Virus record (IMG/VR): IMGVR_UViG_3300047376_000546
Origin: a virus
DNA length: 64,000 nucleotides
Reading direction: 5' to 3' (one strand)
Made by a program: the position numbers and the translations under genes. The stretch's first letter is position 1, and the number at the start of each line of letters is the position of its first letter. Under the pieces are notes generated by a model. That model was not told the origin of the DNA. It worked only from the letters and a program-made list of their open reading frames with translations, and made no database searches. This document shows positions 48,425 to 58,247 of the stretch, in pieces.

Positions 48425-50254
48425 ATGGCAAAAATTAAAAGAGCATCGCGCCTGTCGGCAGTCTCAGTATTTGAGGATCCAAGGCCTTCAAAAAATACAA
48501 TATATTTAGATCATCAGGCACACGACAAGACAACATTGGCAACAAAGTTTGGTGGAACTTTAAGATTAAAATCGTCTAGTGAATCTGACGATTTTAATGC
48601 ATACACCTCTGGTAATTATATTGAATTAACAGTAACTGACGCACATTCATTACGCGCTGGAGCTCCAACTACAATGGCACTAACTAAAGAAACTGCATAT
48701 TGTTGGCATTATGAAGGAGCTCATGGAGCAAATCATTTGAATAATGTAGATTACTGGAACTTTTTTTCAATTGATCCCACAATCCAATCTGCGCCGCTTA
48801 GAAGAATTGTAGATTCAAATACAAATGATGAACTACTGCTATATAATAACAAACCATCACACTATAACTGGTACTATCAACATTCTTGGTTCAATCCTTC
48901 ACCTAACAGAGAATTATATGAAACAAATCCAAACACAGTTTTTGGATATGGGGGGTCAACCAACTCTACTGATCACCAAGAACCTGTATTTTGGACTGTG
49001 AAAGACCCAAACAGCGACAGAATTTCAGGAATTGGTGGTAAATTTAGGTATAGCTATATTTTCAGACCTTGGATGGGTATTGCAAGAAACTCATTTTCAT
49101 CATTCGATAGTACCAATGACAAATATGATATTAGTCTTGCAAATCCTTATTGGTACATGTATATCGGACAGTCTACGCAAGACGGACAACCATTATACCT
49201 TGCAACTCATTCCGATACAGACTACACCCATTACATTCGCAGACATAATATTTCAACTGATAATACAACTGATATGTTTTCGAGCACAGCTGCGCCAGGC
49301 GCTTCGGGCACTTCATATGGTGGTGCAAGAACAATGAATACTACAATGGGTCAGATGCAAAAAATTTCATCAAAACATTTTGATGATCCAGGCGCTGCTG
49401 ATAAGTGTTGGTATGTGCCATACTTTGATACAAGTTATAACTATCATCCATTTGTATTTAGATGGGATCAGTCAACCGATACTTTCACAAGAGATCAGGC
49501 AACAAACATCACTGGAGATTTAAGTTCTACACATATGTTAAACTTGCCTGGCACATCCTCAGATGCATATGGTTTCTTAGGTGTCGTATGGAATGAAACA
49601 TTTGTAAATGGTGGTAATAGATACCTAACTGCTATGTATCTTTGTGGAGAACATAGAAGAGTAGATTCTGATTCACTTGCAAGAACTTTTGTTACATATT
49701 CAGTCGATGCAGCAGACCCTACGGCCCTAACACATCATTCAACAGTAACTATTCCAGAAACTGCAAAACAATCTGTTTTTCTAAATGATGCAAAAACTCT
49801 TTTGGGTGTTTTTGGTGTAGATGCGTTTTATATCTATAATTGGGATAATGTAAATGGTTGGACACTCACAACAACTATTGCAGAAAAAGCATTTGCAGTA
49901 GGCAGAGACTCCACAGATAGAATTTGGATGGTTGCTGGTGGTAAAAATTTGGGATATGCAGATATTCATGTTATTACACCAACAATTCCTGTAAGAATTA
50001 CAATCACTCCTGCTCAAGCATCTTATAATCATACTGGTTCCGATATTAACAGTACGGTTGATGTGAGCGCATATAATATTGCAGGGGAAAGGATTGCAAC
50101 TGATGTTGAATTGTCTATCGATGGTAGTACAATGACTTTCTCAGGTGGTGCGACTACAACAACTGCTACCACATCAACATCAGCAGAGACATCTGTAAAT
50201 ATTATTGTTACTGGTGCTGGATTGAGTGATATTGTAGCAAATGTATCAATCTAA
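48425..50254 (+). CDS. Virion-associated beta-rich protein (possible beta-propeller plus C-terminal Ig-like domain)
   Basis: 609 aa, aromatic-rich beta segments (e.g. WTLTTTIAEKAFAVGRDSTDRIWMV). C-terminal VRITITPAQ...VDVSAYN...VELSIDG. Confidence 0.55.
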   Translation: MAKIKRASRLSAVSVFEDPRPSKNTIYLDHQAHDKTTLATKFGGTLRLKSSSESDDFNAYTSGNYIELTVTDAHSLRAGAPTTMALTKETAYCWHYEGAHGANHLNNVDYWNFFSIDPTIQSAPLRRIVDSNTNDELLLYNNKPSHYNWYYQHSWFNPSPNRELYETNPNTVFGYGGSTNSTDHQEPVFWTVKDPNSDRISGIGGKFRYSYIFRPWMGIARNSFSSFDSTNDKYDISLANPYWYMYIGQSTQDGQPLYLATHSDTDYTHYIRRHNISTDNTTDMFSSTAAPGASGTSYGGARTMNTTMGQMQKISSKHFDDPGAADKCWYVPYFDTSYNYHPFVFRWDQSTDTFTRDQATNITGDLSSTHMLNLPGTSSDAYGFLGVVWNETFVNGGNRYLTAMYLCGEHRRVDSDSLARTFVTYSVDAADPTALTHHSTVTIPETAKQSVFLNDAKTLLGVFGVDAFYIYNWDNVNGWTLTTTIAEKAFAVGRDSTDRIWMVAGGKNLGYADIHVITPTIPVRITITPAQASYNHTGSDINSTVDVSAYNIAGERIATDVELSIDGSTMTFSGGATTTTATTSTSAETSVNIIVTGAGLSDIVANVSI

Positions 50255-50263
50255 GGGGGGTAC

Positions 50264-51367
50264 ATGACAACCCTTACTGTAAATACAAGCGGGATACCAA
50301 ATATTAGACCTACTTATGGAAAATTTCCTGTAAGTAGTTCTAGTTCTAATGTTTCTTGGCCAAGCGCAGTATCCTTGGATGTATCATTTGGCGCATATAC
50401 AATTAATAGTTCGACTACTGTACCAACATCGCAGTATATATCTACAAGAACACCAGAACAATATGCAACTATAGCTGGACATACTTCTGGAAATGCTTTA
50501 TCAGATTCTTATTCTCCTAACTGGAGCACTGCTGTAAATACAACAACAATAGATGGAAAACCTTGTCTTGATCTAGATACAACTCATGTTATTAGTATGT
50601 CAGGAACTGCGCCGGTATTTGGCCAATACTATACTATGTTTGCTGGATGGTATCCTAGAGTATCAGATAGCGGATGGAGAACATTATGGCGTGGGGATAA
50701 TGACCATAATATTATTGTAAATAATGGGGCCAAAGACCTTGGAATGTATTCAAATCGTAATGGTAATTGGAGAGATACTGGATATAATATTTCAATAACA
50801 TGGCAGACACTTATTGTTGTTGGACAAGGCGATAGTTCTACAGCATCAACGGGAACTCAATATTATTATATAGATGGGCAGTTAGTTGGAACTACAGATA
50901 GAGTAGTCTCTGGAACAAATGCATCATCTTTTGGTTATTCTGGCCAGGCGCCAGGATATTTTACAGAATTTGGATTTTGTAATCAGGCATTTTCTGCAAC
51001 TGAAGTTCAAGAACTTCATGAATCGCTTTCTCTTGGATTGGCGGGTATCTCTGGCAGTGTAGGTTGGAAGGATAATTTTATTTATACAAACACACAACCA
51101 TCTTCTTATACTACCCCAGATTTGTCTTTTTATGACAGACAAAGAGTACAAGTATCTTCTAAAAATACCATAACACACACCCCGAAACATTTCAGAAAAA
51201 CAATTACATCTATAAATAATACAGTTCCTTATAATCTTGCAGAGTTGAGAGAATTGGATGGAACACGAAGACAGTATAAAATCGCAAGAGCTATCCAAAG
51301 TGATGTGAGTGGAAGCGGCGATGGAGGCGGTTCTAGTGGAACTTCTGAAATTCAAACTTGGTATTAA
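50264..51367 (+). CDS. Protein with a central LamG/ConA-like lectin domain
   Basis: IDGKPCLDL...YTMFAGWYP...WQTLIVVG...YYIDGQLVG...PGYFTEFGFCNQAFSATEVQELH is the LamG-like pattern. Confidence 0.65.
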   Translation: MTTLTVNTSGIPNIRPTYGKFPVSSSSSNVSWPSAVSLDVSFGAYTINSSTTVPTSQYISTRTPEQYATIAGHTSGNALSDSYSPNWSTAVNTTTIDGKPCLDLDTTHVISMSGTAPVFGQYYTMFAGWYPRVSDSGWRTLWRGDNDHNIIVNNGAKDLGMYSNRNGNWRDTGYNISITWQTLIVVGQGDSSTASTGTQYYYIDGQLVGTTDRVVSGTNASSFGYSGQAPGYFTEFGFCNQAFSATEVQELHESLSLGLAGISGSVGWKDNFIYTNTQPSSYTTPDLSFYDRQRVQVSSKNTITHTPKHFRKTITSINNTVPYNLAELRELDGTRRQYKIARAIQSDVSGSGDGGGSSGTSEIQTWY

Positions 51368-51389
51368 GAAAACAACAAACTTAAAAACA

Positions 51390-51397
51390 TATAAATA
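51390..51397 (+). promoter_or_regulatory. T4-type late promoter box TATAAATA
   Basis: Exact match upstream of g13. Confidence 0.8.
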
Positions 51398-51422
51398 GTC
51401 GTATAAACCAAGAGGTACGACT

Positions 51423-52169
51423 ATGGCAATTGTTACAACTAGGACTGAATTCAAAAATTATTGTCTAAGAAAACTAGGCTCACCAGTAATACAAGTTAAT
51501 GTTGCTGATGAACAGGTCGAAGATAGAATTGATGATGCCTTTGAATATTATAGAGATTATCATTATGACGCAGTAGAGGATGTTTTTTTAAAGCATCAAA
51601 TTACTGCAGATGATATTACAAATAAATGGATTCCTATTCCAAACACTATTATTGGAGTTAAACAAGTTTTACCATTATACGAAAATGGTAAAACTGCTAT
51701 GAATATGTTTGATGTTAGATATCAAATGTTTTTAAATGATATCTATAATCTTTCAAGTACAGAAATGTTAACATATGAATTAACACAATCTCACATTCAA
51801 ATGGTTAATGATATGTTAGATGGTCGTCCACAAATTAGATATAATCGACATCTAAATAAGTTGAATATAGATATTGATTGGTCAGATGCAATTTCTGAAG
51901 GTGAATATATTATTGTAGAAGCGACAAAAGTTATTGACCCAGACACATATCCAGATGTTTGGAACGATAGGTGGTTAAAAAGATATGCAACAGCACTTAT
52001 TAAAAAACAATGGGGGGAAAATCTTTCCAAGTATGAAGGCGTTACAATGCCTGGTGGAGTTACTTTTAATGGACAAAGAATTATCGATGAAGCATCAGAG
52101 GAAATCACTAGACTTGAAGAAGAAATGAGTTTAAGTTATGAACTTCCAGTCGATATAATGATCGGATAA
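51423..52169 (+). CDS. gp13: Neck protein gp13
   Basis: YCLRKLGSPVIQVNVADEQVEDRIDDA; WLKRYATALIKKQWGENLSKYEGVTMPGGVTFNG. It is the first gene of the g13-g23 cluster. Confidence 0.92.
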   Translation: MAIVTTRTEFKNYCLRKLGSPVIQVNVADEQVEDRIDDAFEYYRDYHYDAVEDVFLKHQITADDITNKWIPIPNTIIGVKQVLPLYENGKTAMNMFDVRYQMFLNDIYNLSSTEMLTYELTQSHIQMVNDMLDGRPQIRYNRHLNKLNIDIDWSDAISEGEYIIVEATKVIDPDTYPDVWNDRWLKRYATALIKKQWGENLSKYEGVTMPGGVTFNGQRIIDEASEEITRLEEEMSLSYELPVDIMIG

Positions 52170-52173
52170 TATT

Positions 52174-53031
52174 ATGGCGACTAACCAATATTTTAATACA
52201 ACATCTGTTACTTCTGAACAGAGTTTGGTGGAAAATCTTGTAGTAGAGTCCATTCAAATTCATGGGCAAGATTTTTACTATATTAAAAGAGATTTGGTTA
52301 ATGCAGACACAGTGTTTAACGAAGATACATTATCAAAATATGAAACTGCATGGCAAATTGAAATGTATATAGAAGATACTGATGGATTTCAAGGAGAAGG
52401 TGATTTCCTTTCCAAATTTGGACTTGAAGTTAGAGATCAACTTAATGTTGTCGTATCCAAAAAAAGATTTGCAGAAGAAAAACCAGATTATGATACTCCC
52501 AGAGAAGGTGATTTAATATACTGGCCATTAGTAGATAAAATATTTGAGATTCAATTTGTAGAAGATGAGGCCTCGTTTTATCAATTAGGTAAAATTTATG
52601 TATATAGATTACAAACAGAAGTCTGGGAATATTCGCACGAATCTATAAACACTGGAATTGATGAAATTGATGATATTGTAGATACTCATATGTTCTCTGT
52701 TGATATGACGTTGGGTACAGGTGCTGGGGATTACACAGTTGGTGAACAAGTATATCAAGGAAGTACATTAGAAACTGCAGATGCAAAAGGACAGGTTGTT
52801 ACATGGAATGCCGGCACTAAAGTTTTAAAGGTAAATCATCTCACTGGCGACTTTACAAGTAATGTCAACGTTATAGGAGCTCAGTCTAATACTTCTTATT
52901 TATTGGGTGCAACACAGGAGTTGATATATACACAAGATAGAACTGTGGATAATGATATATTTACTACATCAGCACAGGCAGATGATATTATTGACTTTTC
53001 AGTAACAAATCCATTTAGTGAGGGTTATTAA
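52174..53031 (+). CDS. gp14: Neck protein gp14
   Basis: MATNQYF...EQSLVENLVVESIQIHG, GEGDFLSKFGLEVRD, PREGDLIYWP, FYQLGK. Confidence 0.92.
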   Translation: MATNQYFNTTSVTSEQSLVENLVVESIQIHGQDFYYIKRDLVNADTVFNEDTLSKYETAWQIEMYIEDTDGFQGEGDFLSKFGLEVRDQLNVVVSKKRFAEEKPDYDTPREGDLIYWPLVDKIFEIQFVEDEASFYQLGKIYVYRLQTEVWEYSHESINTGIDEIDDIVDTHMFSVDMTLGTGAGDYTVGEQVYQGSTLETADAKGQVVTWNAGTKVLKVNHLTGDFTSNVNVIGAQSNTSYLLGATQELIYTQDRTVDNDIFTTSAQADDIIDFSVTNPFSEGY

Positions 53032-53756
53032 TGTTAGGTAAAGTACCACAGTATAGAAGTACCATTAGAAATTATGTAATTGCATTTGGTGAAATATTTA
53101 ATGATATCACCATTGAAAGAAAAGATTCTACTGGAGCTGTAGAAAAATATATTAAAGTTCCTTTGTCATATGGGCCTACAGAGAAATTTTTAAGTAGATT
53201 AGAGGCAAATTCATCCAATAATGAAGTCGCAATAGTATTGCCTAGAATGTCATTTGAAATAGCGGGGATTTCATACGATCCTACTAGAAAAAGAAATAAA
53301 CTTCGTGGTGTAAGAAAACCAAAAGAGTTAGGAAGTACATCTAGTGATTTTATTTATAACCCTGTACCATATGATATAGATTTTACATTATCGTTAATGG
53401 TTAAAAATGCAGAAGATGGAACACAAATTTTAGAACAAATACTTCCATTTTTTACACCATCTTTTAACGTACCAATAAAAGAAGTTGCTGAATTTGATGT
53501 TGTCAATGACACACCATTCATATTAAATTCAGTAGATGTGCAAGATGATTATGAGGGAGATTATCTTACTAGAAGATCTTTAATTTGGAGTTTAGGATTT
53601 ACAGTCAAAGGACACATTTGGGGTGGTTCGGGTTCTAAGGATGTTATCAATACCGCAATTACTAATATTTCTGAAATAGATGGTAATGAAACTCGACAGT
53701 TGAGTACTGCAACAGTACCTAATGATTTTGGTTTCGGAGCAGACCTTCCAGAATAA
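53031..53756 (+). CDS. gp15: Tail sheath terminator/stabiliser gp15
   Basis: AFGEIFNDITI, KVPLSYGPTEKFL, LPRMSFEI, PVPYDIDF, QILEQILPFFTP. Confidence 0.92.
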   Translation: MLGKVPQYRSTIRNYVIAFGEIFNDITIERKDSTGAVEKYIKVPLSYGPTEKFLSRLEANSSNNEVAIVLPRMSFEIAGISYDPTRKRNKLRGVRKPKELGSTSSDFIYNPVPYDIDFTLSLMVKNAEDGTQILEQILPFFTPSFNVPIKEVAEFDVVNDTPFILNSVDVQDDYEGDYLTRRSLIWSLGFTVKGHIWGGSGSKDVINTAITNISEIDGNETRQLSTATVPNDFGFGADLPE

Positions 53757-54208
53757 TGGAGAATGATATGAGTGATAAAGAAATAGATTCAAAATTAAAT
53801 GAAGTTTTAGAAGTGAAAGATGATGATTATCATCCCATAGAAATTCAGTCTAATACAGAACTGGAATATATAGACACGTCAGAAGAAAGAAATCATGATA
53901 TTAAGAATGATTACGAATTTCGTAGAGAAAAATTATATCAATTAGTTTCAAAAGGCGAAGATGCATTAGAAAATCTTTTAGTACTTGCAAAAGAATCAGA
54001 TCACCCAAGAGCATATGAAGTTTTTGGACAACTCATGAAAGCAAATATGGATGCTGTTAAGGATTTAACGGATCTGCAAAAAGATATGAATAAAATAGAA
54101 AATGAAAAAGGTGGCAAAGGCCCGAATAAAGTTGTTAATAATAATTCAGTATTCGTAGGTAATACCAATGAGTTGTTAGAGATGTTAAAGGGTAAAAATA
54201 GAGAATGA
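53756..54208 (+). CDS. gp16: Terminase small subunit gp16
   Basis: DYEFRRE...AKESDHPRAYEVFGQL...NNNSVFVGNTNELLEML. The true start may be the ATG at 53768. Confidence 0.9.
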   Translation: MENDMSDKEIDSKLNEVLEVKDDDYHPIEIQSNTELEYIDTSEERNHDIKNDYEFRREKLYQLVSKGEDALENLLVLAKESDHPRAYEVFGQLMKANMDAVKDLTDLQKDMNKIENEKGGKGPNKVVNNNSVFVGNTNELLEMLKGKNRE

Positions 54209-55815
54209 GTGAATTCTATAACAACAATCCGAATTTAAAAGCTGCTGGAATTAATATAGAATGGACAGAAGAGCAGGCCAAAGAATATGTAAAGTGTATG
54301 GATGATCCTGTTTACTTTATTAAAACATATATGAAAATTGTTAATGTTGATACTGGACTTGTAAATTTTGATCTTTATCCTTTTCAAGAAAATATGGTTC
54401 AAAACTTTTACGATAATAGATTTACTATTTGTAAAATCGGTAGACAGTCTGGTAAGTCAATTACATGTATTGCATTCTTTTTACACTACATATTATTTAA
54501 TAAAGATGTTTCTGTTGCACTACTTGCAAACAAACTTGCAACCGCGAGAGAATTATTGGGTAGATTACAGATGGCATATGAACATCTACCTAAATGGTTA
54601 CAGCAAGGGGTTGTTGTTTGGAATAAAGGTAATATAGAATTAGAAAATGGTGCAAAAGTTATGGCGGCCGCGACATCATCTAGTGCAATTCGTGGTGGTT
54701 CTTTTAACATTCTTTTCCTAGACGAATTTGCATTTGTTCCGAACGAACTTGCAGAAGAATTTTTTAACTCAGTTTATCCTACAATTTCATCTGGACAATC
54801 TACAAAAGTTATTATTGTATCTACTCCACAAGGTATGAATCATTTTTATAAACTATGGAGTGATGCAACGGAAGGTAGAAATACGTATGTACCTATAGAA
54901 GTACATTGGTCAGAAGTGCCGGGCAGAGATGAAAACTGGAAGGCAATGACAATAAAGAATACAAGTGAACAACAGTTTAAACAAGAGTTTGATACAGAGT
55001 TCCTTGGTTCAACCAACACACTTATTAATACTGCAAAATTAAAAAATCTAGTATTTAAAAATCCTAAGAAAAAGAATAATGGAGTTTTATACTACGACTT
55101 ACCAAGAGAACAACATCAATATTTTTTAACTGTTGATGTTGCAAGAGGTCGTGGGGGTGATTATTCTGCATTTTCAGTATTTGATGCATCAGAAATGCCG
55201 TTTAAACAAGTTGCAACATTTAGAAACAATGAAATTCCGCCCCTAGTTTTTCCAAATATTATTAAAAATGTTGCTAGACTATATAATGATGCATATATTT
55301 TGGTTGAAATAAATGATGTCGGACAACAAGTCAGTGACATTCTTTATCATGAACATGAGTATGAGAATATGATTACTGTACAAACAGACCCAAGAAAAGG
55401 ACAAAGTATATCTGGTGGGTTTGGTAAGTCTTATACAATAGGAATTAGAACAACAAAGGCAACGAAGAAAACAGGTTGTTTTAACCTAAAAAGTTTAATA
55501 GAAGAAGATAAACTATTAATTGCAGATTTTGAAACTATAAATGAACTTTCATCATTTGTCTCTAAAGGACATAAGTTTGAGGCAGAAGCCGATAGGACAG
55601 ATGACATGGTAGATACTTTGATATTATTTTCGTGGATGACTACAGAAGTTTATTTTAAGGATTTATGTGATAAGGATACAAGACAAGAAATATACGAAGA
55701 AAGACTACGTATGTTGGAAGAAAATATGTTGCCTTTTGGTTTTGTCCATTCTGGCGCAGAGATTGAGACTTTTGTAGACTCAGATGGCGATAGATGGTTT
55801 GGTAACGATCATTAA
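54205..55815 (+). CDS. gp17: Terminase large subunit gp17
   Basis: YNNNPNLK; Walker A GRQSGKS; Walker B FLDEFAF; motif C IIVSTPQG; nuclease motifs VDVARGRGGDYSAF and DDMVD. Confidence 0.97.
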   Translation: MSEFYNNNPNLKAAGINIEWTEEQAKEYVKCMDDPVYFIKTYMKIVNVDTGLVNFDLYPFQENMVQNFYDNRFTICKIGRQSGKSITCIAFFLHYILFNKDVSVALLANKLATARELLGRLQMAYEHLPKWLQQGVVVWNKGNIELENGAKVMAAATSSSAIRGGSFNILFLDEFAFVPNELAEEFFNSVYPTISSGQSTKVIIVSTPQGMNHFYKLWSDATEGRNTYVPIEVHWSEVPGRDENWKAMTIKNTSEQQFKQEFDTEFLGSTNTLINTAKLKNLVFKNPKKKNNGVLYYDLPREQHQYFLTVDVARGRGGDYSAFSVFDASEMPFKQVATFRNNEIPPLVFPNIIKNVARLYNDAYILVEINDVGQQVSDILYHEHEYENMITVQTDPRKGQSISGGFGKSYTIGIRTTKATKKTGCFNLKSLIEEDKLLIADFETINELSSFVSKGHKFEAEADRTDDMVDTLILFSWMTTEVYFKDLCDKDTRQEIYEERLRMLEENMLPFGFVHSGAEIETFVDSDGDRWFGNDH

Positions 55816-55826
55816 ATCATATTTTT

Positions 55827-55834
55827 TATAAATA
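55827..55834 (+). promoter_or_regulatory. T4-type late promoter box TATAAATA
   Basis: Exact match (TATAAATAAAT) upstream of g18. Confidence 0.8.
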
Positions 55835-55902
55835 AATTATGAAACATACAAAAAGAGTTGATTTTAACAAAACTAAAACTATTAATATAGAGGAGATGAA
55901 AA

Positions 55903-58200
55903 ATGCCATTCCAAGTAAGTCCAGGCGTTAATGTTTCAGAAATTGATCTCACTACTTCTACTCCATCAGTTGCAACGTCAATTGGTGCATTGGTAGGAAA
56001 ATTCTCATGGGGGCCCGTGGGCGAAATTGTGAATATCAGTACTGAAACAGAATTAGTTAAGTATTTCGGCAAACCAACATCTGAAAATTATCAGTCTTGG
56101 TTTACTGCCGCGAATTTTCTTGCATATGCAAGTTCTCTTAGAGTAAATAGAGTAATTGGTGCCGGTGCATTAAACTCTGTTGCTGGTATTGCAGGATCAT
56201 CTACTCCTGTTGATGCTACGGAAGATTTCGTCGGAGTCGCGGAAGCAACCGATAACCTTGTAGGTGTCGGTGCTACAACCCAAAATGAAACTGGTGACGG
56301 TACAACTGCATCAATTACGTTAAGTGCAACACCAGCCGGTACTGTATCAGTATCTGTTGATGGTGTAACTTTAACACCCGATGTACAATATACTATTAGT
56401 GGTACAACATTAGATTTTGCAGCTGGTACTGCGCCATATGGTGCTCCTGCCAATGCAGATGCTATTGTAATTACTGTTACAGCAAAAACTGTATTTACAC
56501 TTTCTAGAGATGCATTTGGTGAAACAGTTGCAGTAACTGTAGCTGGTGCAGCAGATACAAATATTTCTGTTGATGGTACATCACTTACATTTACATCTGC
56601 GCCTGCTGATGGTGCAGCAATCGTTGCAACTATCCCTGCAAGAACAAAATTTGAAATTGCAGAGACAGTTGATTCAACTGATACCGTTGGAGTAACAGTA
56701 GATGCAGCAGACAAAACAGTAACAACAGATTATTCTGTAAGTGGTCAAGTAGTAACTTTCGTTACTGCGCCTGCAGATGGTGCAGCGGTACAAATTAAAG
56801 TATTCGGTACACCAACTGTTAACTATACATATACACCAGTATTAATTAAGTCAGAAGATGATATCACATTTGATAGCGGTCAAGGTAATGGTGCAGTATT
56901 TGCTGCGCGTTGTGCCGGTTCAGATGGGGATAAATTTAAGACTTACATGGTTGATGCCGCAACATTTTCAGAATTACCGGCAAATCTAAAATCATTGTTT
57001 AATACTGCACCAGATACTGGTGAAGTTCATGTATTAGTTGTACAAAGAAACACAAATGGTTCAGAAACAGTACTTGAAAGATATGAGTATTTGTCAAAAG
57101 CATCTAACGGTAAAGCCGAAGATGGTAAAAACATGTACTATAAAGAAGTAATTAACCTTTCATCTGAATATGTATGGGTAATTAACCACCCTGCAGATGG
57201 TACAGATTGGGGTTCAGAGGAAACAATATCTAAACCACTTTCTTCGTTTACTTCACTTGCAGCTGCAGAAGTTTCAACATTTAGTGGTGGTAATAACGGT
57301 GTTGCACCTACTGCCGCCGAAGCGATTGCTGGATATGATTTGTTTGCTGACCCTGAGTTAGTTGACGTTTCACTAGTAATGAGTGGAGAATGGGCAGATG
57401 CTGCAAATGGTAACACTGTATTACAACATATCGTACAAAATATTTGTGAGGTAAGAAAAGATTGTGTTGCACTATTATCACCACGTTATGTGGATGTTAA
57501 GTCTGGTTCTGCACAAAATGTAATTTCATTCTTTAACACAACTGTTGGTGCTTATAGTAACTATGCATTTGTTGACTCAAACTTCAAGTATCAATACGAT
57601 AAATATAATGATGTATATCGTTGGGTTCCATTTAACGGTGATATTGCTGGTTTAATGGCACGTACAGACGCAGAAAGAGACACATGGTTCTCTCCTGCTG
57701 GATTTAATCGTGGTGTCATCAAAAATGTTATCAAAGTTGCATGGAATCAGAATAAGACGGATAGAGATGATTTATATAAAGCATCGATTAACCCTGTTGT
57801 TACATTCCCTGGCCAAGGCACAATTCTTTATGGTGATAAAACATTCACTAATAAACCAAGTGCATTTGACAGAATTAATGTACGTAGATTGTTTATCGTA
57901 CTTGAAAAATCTATCGCAACTGCATCTAAGTTTACATTGTTTGAATTTAACGATGAATTCACAAGATCACAGTTTGTATCCTTGGTAGAACCTTTCCTTA
58001 GAGATGTTAAGGGTAGAAGAGGTATCTATGACTTCTTAGTTGTCTGTGATGAAACTAACAACACTTCCGAAGTTGTTGATAGAAATGAATTTATCGGAGA
58101 CATCTATATTAAACCAGCACGTTCAATCAACTACATTCAACTTAACTTTGTTGCAGTACGCACAGGAGTGAGTTTTGAAGAAGTTGTTGGTCAAGCTTAA
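55903..58200 (+). CDS. gp18: Contractile tail sheath protein gp18 with three inserted small beta domains
   Basis: MPFQVSPGVNVSEIDLT, FSWGPVGE, YDKYNDVYRWVPFNGDIAG, WFSPAGFNRG, FDRINVRRLF, KPARSINYIQLNFVA. Confidence 0.97.
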   Translation: MPFQVSPGVNVSEIDLTTSTPSVATSIGALVGKFSWGPVGEIVNISTETELVKYFGKPTSENYQSWFTAANFLAYASSLRVNRVIGAGALNSVAGIAGSSTPVDATEDFVGVAEATDNLVGVGATTQNETGDGTTASITLSATPAGTVSVSVDGVTLTPDVQYTISGTTLDFAAGTAPYGAPANADAIVITVTAKTVFTLSRDAFGETVAVTVAGAADTNISVDGTSLTFTSAPADGAAIVATIPARTKFEIAETVDSTDTVGVTVDAADKTVTTDYSVSGQVVTFVTAPADGAAVQIKVFGTPTVNYTYTPVLIKSEDDITFDSGQGNGAVFAARCAGSDGDKFKTYMVDAATFSELPANLKSLFNTAPDTGEVHVLVVQRNTNGSETVLERYEYLSKASNGKAEDGKNMYYKEVINLSSEYVWVINHPADGTDWGSEETISKPLSSFTSLAAAEVSTFSGGNNGVAPTAAEAIAGYDLFADPELVDVSLVMSGEWADAANGNTVLQHIVQNICEVRKDCVALLSPRYVDVKSGSAQNVISFFNTTVGAYSNYAFVDSNFKYQYDKYNDVYRWVPFNGDIAGLMARTDAERDTWFSPAGFNRGVIKNVIKVAWNQNKTDRDDLYKASINPVVTFPGQGTILYGDKTFTNKPSAFDRINVRRLFIVLEKSIATASKFTLFEFNDEFTRSQFVSLVEPFLRDVKGRRGIYDFLVVCDETNNTSEVVDRNEFIGDIYIKPARSINYIQLNFVAVRTGVSFEEVVGQA

Positions 58201-58208
58201 AAAAGTAT

Positions 58209-58216
58209 TATAAATA
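58209..58216 (+). promoter_or_regulatory. T4-type late promoter box TATAAATA
   Basis: Exact match upstream of g19. Confidence 0.8.
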
Positions 58217-58247
58217 AAAGTAAATAGATTAACAAGGAGAAAACAAA

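Noticed and set aside
52690-52920. C-terminal beta extension in gp14
   Set aside because: To my knowledge similar extensions are common in marine T4-like gp14, so it is not notable on its own.
56091-56714. 207-aa minus-strand ORF within g18, plus the other minus-strand and alternative-frame ORFs in the track (e.g. 24169-24663, 50924-51454)
   Set aside because: They are antisense or alternative-frame shadows, typical of Ala/Thr/Val-rich or repetitive coding DNA. All recognisable genes and promoters are on the + strand.
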